Below, piece after piece: positions 56,409-64,000 of a DNA stretch of 64,000 nt (position 1 is its first letter; each line of letters begins with the position of its first letter). Under the pieces are notes generated by a model. It had not been told where the DNA came from, did no database searches, and saw nothing but the letters and a program-made list of their open reading frames with translations. Origin of the DNA: Bdellovibrionales bacterium (lineage in GTDB: Bacteria; Bdellovibrionota; Bdellovibrionia; Bdellovibrionales; JAGQZY01); assembly GCA_964230645.1 (NCBI GenBank), contig CAXRHT010000001.1, forward strand, positions 704,001-768,000, in the 5' to 3' direction. The position numbers and the translations under genes are program-made.

Positions 56409-56917
56409 AAAAAGTTTTCTTAAGCGGTTTTCTATTTTTGAGTACTTCTTTTCTTCTCTCGGCCTTACAGGGCAATCTCTATTTTCTGCCATTCAGTATG
56501 CCTCTTTTTTGGACCATTGTTTTAGCCTACTATTCTTTTCGTAAAAGTCTAAAATATGTGCTTCTCATTAATATCGCTCACTGCCTGGTTCTAGTCTCCT
56601 TTTCCACAATCCCCCCAAGCCATATGCTCCTAACTATGAACTTTTTTTCCCTCGCCTTTTATTTTGTAAAGGAGCGGTTTCATACGAATTTTTGGCATAT
56701 TTCTATGGCCGCCTCTCTAGCCGCTGTGACTTTTAAAATGGCGCAATGGCTTGGATCCGGTTTTTTTCACCAGTTTGTCGTTCCCAATCTCCTGGAATGG
56801 CTGGGAATCGGGATAATTACTTTTGCGGTCGCTCCATTTTTGGTAAACTTTTTTGAACGATTGGACGAGAAAATCCAATTCGAACGCATCGACACTTTAG
56901 AAAACCTGAGAATCTAG
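56405..56917 (+). CDS. mreD: Rod shape-determining protein MreD (divergent)
   Basis: 170-aa polytopic membrane protein between mreC and mrdA. Confidence 0.7.
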   Translation: MKKVFLSGFLFLSTSFLLSALQGNLYFLPFSMPLFWTIVLAYYSFRKSLKYVLLINIAHCLVLVSFSTIPPSHMLLTMNFFSLAFYFVKERFHTNFWHISMAASLAAVTFKMAQWLGSGFFHQFVVPNLLEWLGIGIITFAVAPFLVNFFERLDEKIQFERIDTLENLRI

Positions 56918-56964
56918 CTCTTCCTTCAAGATGCACTTGGCATGGAAGAGGGCTTTGGGACCAT

Positions 56965-58914
56965 ATGCTTTTTGATGATAGTAATGAAATAGGATCTTTT
57001 AATTTTGATCGCAACTTTGTTGCGGCCAAGGTTTTTATTTTGATCTTTATTCTCATCCTTTCATCTCGACTCTGGTACTTACAAATTATCCATGGAGAGG
57101 AGTTCCGGGAGTTCTCTACCCAGAATCTCCTCAAATCCTCTGATGTATACGCCCCAAGAGGCACTATCTTTGATCGTGATGGTCGCGTGTTGGTTGAAAA
57201 CCTGCCCGCTTACAAGGCGATTATTACTCCACAATACACTGTTGATCTCGAGTCTTTGGCCGCTGACCTAGCCCCAGCTCTATCTCTTGAAAAAGAAGAC
57301 ATCGTAACAAAGGTGAAACGCTCTCGCAGCCTCAATGGCCCTTTCTTCCCCGTAGATATCAAACGTCATTTAACACGCGATGAACTCTTTGATGTGGAAC
57401 TGGTCAAATTGGACCACCCAGGCCTCCAAGCTCAAGAATTTATCTTACGCTATTACCCTTTTGGTCCTCAATTGGCTCACACTCTGGGATATGTGCGTGA
57501 GATTTCAAAAAAAGAAATCCCGAGACTGAACGAACTCTATGACAACAAAATTAAATTTAAGCAAAAAGACATCATTGGTAAAAAGGGGCTCGAAGAGGCT
57601 TTCGATATCAACCTGCGAGGAAGAAAGGGTAAGTCTTTTGTGATTGTGGACGCCAAGGGCCAGGAACGCTCCCAACGAACAATCAATGCGATTGGCGAAA
57701 TTCTAAAAAATACCCCAGCGACACCGGGCGAGGATATATACACCACTTTAGATATTGATCTGCAAAAAGCGGCTTCAGAATCTTTTGAAAGACATGAAAG
57801 AGTGGGCTCTTTAATTGCAATGACACCCCAGGGAGAAATTCTAGCGTGGGTAAGCTATCCAAGCTTTGACCCCAACGTTTTTTCAAAAAGAGTCAGTCCC
57901 GAGATTTGGAGAGGCTGGGTCAATAATGAAGACCGCCCTCTTCGTAATAAAGCTATTCAGGATCACTACGCTCCTGGGTCCACTTTCAAGCCCATAGTTG
58001 CACTCTCTGGATTGCAAAACGGTGCTATTAAATCGAATCAATACGTTTACGCCCCTTCTCAGTACCGCCTCGGACGTCGTGTTTTCCACGATCACACCCA
58101 GACAGGGCAAGGATATATCGAAGTGCGCGAGGCCCTTGAAAGATCCAGTAACGTCTTCTTTTACAAACTCGGTAAAGAGTTGGGCCCTGATAAGATGGCC
58201 AAAACAGCCTACGCTCTCGGGCTCGGAAAACCCACAGGGATTCCAATCAGCGGAGAGGTCAGTGGGCACGTTCCCACCAGAGCCTGGAAAAAAGAGCGCT
58301 GGGGTGAGCCTTGGCAAGACGGAGAGAGTTTAAATACAGCGATCGGTCAGGGTCATGTTTTGGTGACAACGATTCAATTGGCTCAAGCCTACTCGGCCAT
58401 AGCCCTTGGAGGCGCTGTTTATAAACCTCAAATTATTAAAAAACTAGAAGCCCCTCCCAATTCCGCTGTCGCAGTAGAAAGCCGTATTTTTGACCCTCTT
58501 TTGATACGCCACTTAGCCGAAGACAAAGAAGAGGAATATTTTGTCGACGCCAAACATTTCAAAACAGTCCAAGAGGGACTCTGGCAGGTTGTCAACGGTA
58601 ACCAGGGAACGGCTCGAAGAACTAAATTCAAAGAGCCTTTTAGTGTAGCGGGCAAGACCGGAACGGCACAGGTCAGACGCTTCTCCGCGGATCAAATTTA
58701 TAAGCCCTGTCCAAAGCGAACGAAAAAAGAAAAACACAACGGATGGTTTGTGGGTTATGGCTCCTATAAAGACGAGCCCAAAATCACTGTGGCTGTTTTT
58801 ACCGAACACTCCTGTACATCAGCAGCAGCCGTACCTATTGCCAAAGACGTCTTTGAAGCCTACTTTAAAAAATATCATAATCTGCGAGTAAAAAGTGATC
58901 AGCCAAAGTCTTGA
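56965..58914 (+). CDS. mrdA: Penicillin-binding protein 2
   Basis: APRGTIFDR, GSTFK (SxxK), SSN, KTGT. Confidence 0.96.
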   Translation: MLFDDSNEIGSFNFDRNFVAAKVFILIFILILSSRLWYLQIIHGEEFREFSTQNLLKSSDVYAPRGTIFDRDGRVLVENLPAYKAIITPQYTVDLESLAADLAPALSLEKEDIVTKVKRSRSLNGPFFPVDIKRHLTRDELFDVELVKLDHPGLQAQEFILRYYPFGPQLAHTLGYVREISKKEIPRLNELYDNKIKFKQKDIIGKKGLEEAFDINLRGRKGKSFVIVDAKGQERSQRTINAIGEILKNTPATPGEDIYTTLDIDLQKAASESFERHERVGSLIAMTPQGEILAWVSYPSFDPNVFSKRVSPEIWRGWVNNEDRPLRNKAIQDHYAPGSTFKPIVALSGLQNGAIKSNQYVYAPSQYRLGRRVFHDHTQTGQGYIEVREALERSSNVFFYKLGKELGPDKMAKTAYALGLGKPTGIPISGEVSGHVPTRAWKKERWGEPWQDGESLNTAIGQGHVLVTTIQLAQAYSAIALGGAVYKPQIIKKLEAPPNSAVAVESRIFDPLLIRHLAEDKEEEYFVDAKHFKTVQEGLWQVVNGNQGTARRTKFKEPFSVAGKTGTAQVRRFSADQIYKPCPKRTKKEKHNGWFVGYGSYKDEPKITVAVFTEHSCTSAAAVPIAKDVFEAYFKKYHNLRVKSDQPKS

Positions 58915-60016
58915 CCTAAAAATTGAAAAGAGATCGTTTTTTAAACGCTTTGATTGGAATTTGATCCTTTGTATCTGCTTTTTACAATTTGTAGGGCTGA
59001 TCAATCTATACAGTGCCGCCTATTCCACCGATCATTTGGGTCGAGTTTTTACCTCGCAACTGATGTGGATCCCAATCGGTTGGGTGGCCTATATTGTGAT
59101 CTCAAGGCTGGACTATAAAAATATCGTAAAATACTCTCCTTATTTTTATGCCATAAACTCTATTGCATTGGTGCTTGTTCTCCTGATTGGCAAAAGAATT
59201 TACGGCTCCAGGCGTTGGCTTGATCTCGGTTTTTTCAATCTCCAGCCCTCTGAAACCATGAAGTTTTTCCTGATTATTTTTATGGCTGGCTATCTAGCCA
59301 AACACAAAATGGAAAATTTTGGCTTCAAGGATCTTATCAAGCCTGGAATGATACTAGGTGTCCCCTTTCTACTGACGGTCAAACAGCCGGACCTGGGAAC
59401 AGGTATTTTACTTCTAGCCATCCCCGCCTCAATGATCCTGTTTCTCGGTGTAAGAAAGAAAGTGATCGGAATTTTAGCCCTGATTTTGGCGATCTCTCTG
59501 CCAATTGCTTGGAACTTTGGCCTCAAAACTTATCAAAAAAATCGAGTTCTCAATTTTTTAAATCCCGAAAGAGATCCCCGCGGAACTGGCTACAACAGTA
59601 TTCAGGCAAAAATTGCTATTGGAAGTGGACAAATTTTAGGGAAGGGTCACCAAGATGGTTCCCAAAACCAACTGCAGTTTCTTCCTGAGAGACATTCGGA
59701 CTTTATCTTCTGTGTGCTGAGTGAAGAGTTTGGTTTTATTGGTGCCATGCTGACACTCCTGAGTTTTCTCTTCATGCTCTATATAATATTAAATATCGCG
59801 CGTAACAGTCAGGATCGAGCCGGAGCCCTTATTTGTGTGGGTGTTGGGGCCTTCATTTTTTGGCATATGGTTATCAATATAGGAATGGTCGCAGGACTTC
59901 TACCGATTGTGGGAGTGCCCTTACCTCTGCTGTCTTACGGAGGCTCAAGCATGGTCACTTTTATGGTGAGTCTTGGGATGGTGGCTTCTGTCAGTAATCG
60001 TCGCTATATGTTTTAG
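58895..60016 (+). CDS. rodA: Rod shape-determining protein RodA (SEDS)
   Basis: QPSE, QPDLGT, LPERHSDFIF, GVPLPLLSYGGSS. Confidence 0.96.
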   Translation: MISQSLDLKIEKRSFFKRFDWNLILCICFLQFVGLINLYSAAYSTDHLGRVFTSQLMWIPIGWVAYIVISRLDYKNIVKYSPYFYAINSIALVLVLLIGKRIYGSRRWLDLGFFNLQPSETMKFFLIIFMAGYLAKHKMENFGFKDLIKPGMILGVPFLLTVKQPDLGTGILLLAIPASMILFLGVRKKVIGILALILAISLPIAWNFGLKTYQKNRVLNFLNPERDPRGTGYNSIQAKIAIGSGQILGKGHQDGSQNQLQFLPERHSDFIFCVLSEEFGFIGAMLTLLSFLFMLYIILNIARNSQDRAGALICVGVGAFIFWHMVINIGMVAGLLPIVGVPLPLLSYGGSSMVTFMVSLGMVASVSNRRYMF

Positions 60017-60063
60017 AAATTAAAGAATCGAATTGTTCAATTATTTTAACTGACCAAAGGATG

Positions 60064-60095
60064 AAAAGTGCAATGGAAGGGCCATTGCACTTTTT
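60064..60095. terminator. Bidirectional terminator between rodA and trxA
   Basis: AAAAGTGCAATGG-N5-CCATTGCACTTTT perfect inverted repeat. Confidence 0.85.
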
Positions 60096-60099
60096 ATAT

Positions 60100-60420
60100 C
60101 TATAGGTGTTTGTTGATTAAAGCGGTAATGTTCTCTTTGGGGTGATTGCCAACAAGCTGCTCGACAATTTCGCCATCTTTGAACAAAGCCAGAGTTGGAA
60201 CGCCACGAACGCCGTAGTTGGCGGGAGTTTCCTTGTTCTGGTCAATATCGACTTTGGCAACTGTGAGTTTTCCGTCAAATTCTTTAGCGATCTCATCAAG
60301 TTTGGGAGCTAAAGCTTTACAAGGGCCGCACCACTCTGCCCAAAAATCAACCAGCACGGGACTACTAGACTTTAGGACATCATTTTCGAAGTTTGAGTCA
60401 GACGTATGTATAGGTTCCAT
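60100..60420 (-). CDS. trxA: Thioredoxin
   Basis: VDFWAEWCGPCK; GGAGG RBS. Confidence 0.97.
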   Translation of the reverse strand: MEPIHTSDSNFENDVLKSSSPVLVDFWAEWCGPCKALAPKLDEIAKEFDGKLTVAKVDIDQNKETPANYGVRGVPTLALFKDGEIVEQLVGNHPKENITALINKHL

Positions 60421-60451
60421 AAAACCTCCTTTATTTTTAAGTATTACCCTT

Positions 60452-60477
60452 TAAAGCTCAGGTCATTTTGCCGATAG
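60452..60477 (+). promoter_or_regulatory. Sigma28 (FliA)-like promoter of the REC-DnaJ gene
   Basis: TAAA-N14-GCCGATAG. Confidence 0.55.
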
Positions 60478-60481
60478 TCAA

Positions 60482-62416
60482 GTGATGAGTTACCAGGATT
60501 ATAACGTACTAGTGATAGATGATGACAAGACTTTTGCGGAGAGCCTCAAACAGGCGATCACCCGTGTGGGATTTCGCTGCTATGTTGTGCATAACCCAGA
60601 AGATGCACTTAACTATGCGAAATTACAAGACGTTCAGGTTTTTGTCGTCGACTGTATGCTCCCCAAAATGAATGGGTTGGAGCTGGTAAAAAAACTCAAA
60701 GACAATATGCAAGGAGATACCCAGCTTTTCCTTATGAGCGGGATCTTTAAAGACAAGCAGTTCGTCAACACAGCCCTAAAGAAGTCAGGGGCCACTGAGT
60801 TTATGACCAAACCTTTTGATATCAAAAAATTTGTAGGAAAGCTTGAGTCCCTTTTCAGTGGTGTTGCCGAAGAAGATGATGGTTTTAATCCTCTGGTTCG
60901 ACTCTATTTAGATCGCGACCTGAAAACTCGTAAATTAATCAAGCTAATCAACTCCTCTGAAGGCCTACACAACTTTGATCTTCCCTGGGTGTTTAAAATC
61001 CTTATTGATAGTAAAGCCACAGGTCACCTTAATATCGCCTGTACCAACGGTGATATTGCCGGTGTGGGTTTTTCTCAAGGGGAGATCGTTCAGGTTAATA
61101 TTAAAAACGAAGCCTCCCTACTGGGATTACTTCTTGTGGAACAAGGCTATTTGGACCGTGGCGACTTAAACGAAGCCCTTGAATCTAACACAAATCATAA
61201 GATGATCGGACAGTATCTAGTTGAGAGCAACTACGTTAGCCCTCACGCCATCAATATCGTATTAAAAGAGCAACTTCTTTGGCGCCTTAAGCGTCTGATC
61301 GCTGATTCGCAGATGGAACTGAATTTTGTAAAATCAGAGGATGTGGCGACTATTGCCAATATTGATGATTCGGATTTCACAGATTTTATCATCGAAACCA
61401 TCGAAAATACGATTAGAGAGGATTGGATTAAAACCCACTACCTTCCCTTAAGCCGAAATTCTATTGAACTGAATCGAGACCGTGAGGAAGATCTTAATAA
61501 AATAAGAATTTACCCTTTTGTATCAAGGACCTTTCCCTCCATCGAAAGTCAGCTGATGAGGGGAACTTCCATTGAGGAGCTTTTAGCCAAGCACTCCAGC
61601 ATCGAAAACAATGTCTTGCGTCTGGTGCACTTTCTCAATGTTATGGGACTGATTAAAATTGGAACCACTCATAAAACTCTTAACTTTGCTCACCAAGCAA
61701 AAAGATTGCAACGTCTTGATGGTGAACTTGATGAGAAAAACTATTTTGAAAGACTGGGTGTGAGTCGAAGTGCTAAAGACTCTGACATTAAAAAAGCTTA
61801 TTTTGATTTAGCAAAGGTTTTACACCCCGATAAACTGGCTGAGGGCACTCCTCGTGATGTGATCGATCTTTCTCAAAGAGTTTTTGAAAAAATTCAAATC
61901 GCCTATGACACCTTGAAAAAAGAAGACAAAAAGAACGAGTACCTTGACCAATTTGAGGCCGATCAGTCTGAAAAATTCCTGCAAGGGGATCAAATTTTTG
62001 AAGTGGCCAAAACTCTTGTTTTTAAAGGTCAGTTCTCACAGGCAAAACACTCACTGACCAAAGCGATCAAACTCAATCCTCATTCCAATGATATTAAAAT
62101 CTATATGATTTGGATTGATTTAAAAACGACCAAGGGACCAAGCGAAGGCTTCTTAGGGGATATTGACAAACGCCTTAATCAAATTCCTATTGAAGCCCGC
62201 GACAATGCTCCCTACTATCACTGCCGTGGACTCTATTACACCCATCTTAAAGACAATGAGAAAGCTAAAAAGTACTTTATGACATCTCTTAACATTGATA
62301 GCAGCTTTATCAGTGCCAGAAGAGAAATGAGCCAGCTTGGTAATGGTAAAAAAGAGATTACCAATATCTTGAATATGGACTTGGGCCAAGCACTCGGTAG
62401 TCTTTTTAAGAAGTAA
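60482..62416 (+). CDS. Multidomain REC / DUF4388-like / DnaJ / TPR protein
   Basis: VIDDD...VDCMLP...KPF receiver; LGLLLVEQG / IGQYLVE repeats; LHPDK J-domain motif; C-terminal TPRs. Confidence 0.85.
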   Translation: MMSYQDYNVLVIDDDKTFAESLKQAITRVGFRCYVVHNPEDALNYAKLQDVQVFVVDCMLPKMNGLELVKKLKDNMQGDTQLFLMSGIFKDKQFVNTALKKSGATEFMTKPFDIKKFVGKLESLFSGVAEEDDGFNPLVRLYLDRDLKTRKLIKLINSSEGLHNFDLPWVFKILIDSKATGHLNIACTNGDIAGVGFSQGEIVQVNIKNEASLLGLLLVEQGYLDRGDLNEALESNTNHKMIGQYLVESNYVSPHAINIVLKEQLLWRLKRLIADSQMELNFVKSEDVATIANIDDSDFTDFIIETIENTIREDWIKTHYLPLSRNSIELNRDREEDLNKIRIYPFVSRTFPSIESQLMRGTSIEELLAKHSSIENNVLRLVHFLNVMGLIKIGTTHKTLNFAHQAKRLQRLDGELDEKNYFERLGVSRSAKDSDIKKAYFDLAKVLHPDKLAEGTPRDVIDLSQRVFEKIQIAYDTLKKEDKKNEYLDQFEADQSEKFLQGDQIFEVAKTLVFKGQFSQAKHSLTKAIKLNPHSNDIKIYMIWIDLKTTKGPSEGFLGDIDKRLNQIPIEARDNAPYYHCRGLYYTHLKDNEKAKKYFMTSLNIDSSFISARREMSQLGNGKKEITNILNMDLGQALGSLFKK

Positions 62417-62545
62417 AAACAATGTCGTCCTGAAGCCAAGCAAAAACAATGTCGCCATGAGACCAAGCGAAAACAATGTTGTCCTGAGACCAAGCGAAAA
62501 CAATGTCGCCATGAGGCGAAGTAAAAACAATGTCGTCCTGAGGCG
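62411..62545 (-). repeat. Tandem array of 5 x 27-nt units (plus strand AAG(T/C)(A/G)AAAACAATGTCG(T/C)C(C/A)TGAG..)
   Basis: Units start at 62411, 62438, 62465, 62492 and 62519; the first contains the stop codon of the upstream gene. Confidence 0.9.
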
Positions 62546-62737
62546 AAGCCGAAGGACCTTTGAGCTCGGTCGAAGTCCTCGGCTCCCCATAGCATTGTTT
62601 ATAATAAATTTCTCCAGGGCCGGCATCCATGCCTTGCTTGTGTTTCGCCCTGAGGGCGAAAACGCGTCACGCTCACAAGAGCCCTTGCGAAAATTATTAT
62701 AAACAATGCTATGGGGATCGTGGATCGAGCGAAAGCT
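62534..62737 (-). repeat. Structured intergenic repeat element, copy B (inverted relative to copy A)
   Basis: Reverse complement matches 29403-29651 apart from a 40-nt insertion in A; 21-bp perfect stem 62585-62605 / 62696-62716. Confidence 0.9.
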
Positions 62738-63043
62738 AAAAAAACTTAGGTTAGATTGCCTAGTTTATTTAAAACACTCTGCAGAAAAATTTAGATATAG
62801 GCATGAAGGTCACATGGACATGGCCTATTTTTCTCTTAAAATTATGAAGATCTGTGGGTATCCGGAATACAAATAGATGTTCAGTCATTTTCCTTAGTTT
62901 CACACATGACAACAAAAAGAAGAAAGAGGGAATCTACTGTCCACATTTTTGACAAGTCTCATGTAGATATTTCAGAGAGATAGCTAAATTACTCTCAATC
63001 CTCGTTTTAATGCTATTGTAGGGCTCACACGAGGTAATACTAA

Positions 63044-64000
63044 ATGCAATTTTTTTCAAAAGGCTTCGCATTTTTCCTTTTTGTTAGTGCGTACTTTCTT
63101 TTTCTCAATCCTGCTCACGCCCAACTGGGTCCTCTTAAGGACTTATTTTTTGATTCCGAGCCGACTCTGGAAGTTCCATTGGGTCAGCTCAATGACATGG
63201 GTGCCGAATCACGCTGGATTAAACCTTCCATCGGTTATGAGTTTCAATTTGCTAATTACCCTGGGGATCCCTCCCGCTTTCTTATGAGAGAGACTTTAAA
63301 TTTTCGCCTCAGACTTCCTCTGTCTTTACACAACTCAAACTCCGTTAGTTTGGGGCCGAAGTTTGAAGCTGAATTTATTAGGCCCTTTACCAAAAGCCCT
63401 CTTCCTAGTCTCGACGAAATGACACCCTATGGACCACAGAAGGCTCCCCATTCTGACGGCAAAGCCTTAGCATTGAAAAGCGGAGACTTTTACAGCTTTA
63501 CCACCGAAATGGCTTTTGAGCTTTCCGCTTCCACAGCGCAATTAAAAGGCATTGCATTTTTGGGTTTAAATGCCAGTTACATCATTTCTGGTGACTTTAG
63601 GGTCGATGTTTATCGTTTGAGTGGAAGTAAGGTTAAAGTGGTCGCCTCAAGTCTTCGACAAAAGAGCGTCGGATTTGGAGTCGAGGCTAAAACAGTTCCC
63701 GACATTGAGGTGTTTGGTTTTGGACTTGCTAACCAACTCTTAAACAATCAACTCAGAGTTCAAGTGATGGACTGGGATATTTATCAAAGATATAAAGGCA
63801 ACCTTTTCTCAGTCTCCTACACTTACGATCTGGCCGAACAAGAGGGACGAGAATCCTATAATCAACTGATGAATCTAAACCATTGGAAAAATATAAACCT
63901 CAATGTCACGAATATGGGTGGACGCAGTGAAGAGCTGAGTTCCCGTAACTTTTGGGTGGCCGATCTTAGTTATTCGCGCCAGTATGCACCTGAGGACTTT
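63044..64000 (+). CDS. Secreted hypothetical protein (partial, runs off window end)
   Basis: Not in the ORF track. GAGG RBS, ATG 63044, MQFFSKGFAFFLFVSAYFLFLNPAHA-Q signal peptide, frame open to base 64000. Confidence 0.85.
   Translation, partial: MQFFSKGFAFFLFVSAYFLFLNPAHAQLGPLKDLFFDSEPTLEVPLGQLNDMGAESRWIKPSIGYEFQFANYPGDPSRFLMRETLNFRLRLPLSLHNSNSVSLGPKFEAEFIRPFTKSPLPSLDEMTPYGPQKAPHSDGKALALKSGDFYSFTTEMAFELSASTAQLKGIAFLGLNASYIISGDFRVDVYRLSGSKVKVVASSLRQKSVGFGVEAKTVPDIEVFGFGLANQLLNNQLRVQVMDWDIYQRYKGNLFSVSYTYDLAEQEGRESYNQLMNLNHWKNINLNVTNMGGRSEELSSRNFWVADLSYSRQYAPEDF

Noticed and set aside
62153..62702. ORFs 62153-62626, 62236-62595, 62406-62630 and 62457-62702 (and 29316-29702 at copy A) as repeat-protein genes
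   Set aside because: They arise from the 27-nt in-frame array and the palindromic element, overlap a real gene antisense, and the 25-nt array of copy A does not preserve frame.

Overview
This 64-kb window looks like a Bdellovibrionota (predatory bacterium) chromosome segment. That placement is inferred from gene content: a TIGR02147-type regulator, an Agl-Glt operon, a ppiD/mreCD-mrdA-rodA block without mreB, and many secreted proteins. Core blocks are rimP-nusA-infB-rbfA-truB-rpsO-pnp plus an M16 peptidase, tRNA-Leu(CAA), ppiD, mreC-mreD-mrdA-rodA and trxA. Accessory blocks: (i) a translationally coupled NfrB-like GT2 / GH113 / GH26 / DUF2334 / beta-barrel exopolysaccharide-type operon (1-6764); (ii) a secreted lytic-transglycosylase-like protein with an overlapping small secreted partner; (iii) a four-gene cassette of PAS-like protein, LuxI/FeeM-like acyltransferase, heme-oxygenase-like diiron enzyme and XRE regulator (10941-13508), my best candidate for an undescribed small-molecule signalling system; (iv) a BLUF / hybrid kinase / CheB / CheB-CheR-PAS cluster; (v) a 10-gene Agl-Glt-like motor operon whose AglQ-position ExbD lacks the usual transmembrane Asp; (vi) a subtilisin-TM-PilZ fusion. 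Non-coding: two copies of a structured repeat (about 29403-29761 and 62411-62737, opposite orientation) with a fully compensatory 10-bp stem segment and locus-specific tandem arrays, and an unrelated element with perfect 47-bp inverted repeats (48280-48457). All family calls come from motif recognition by eye; no searches were run.
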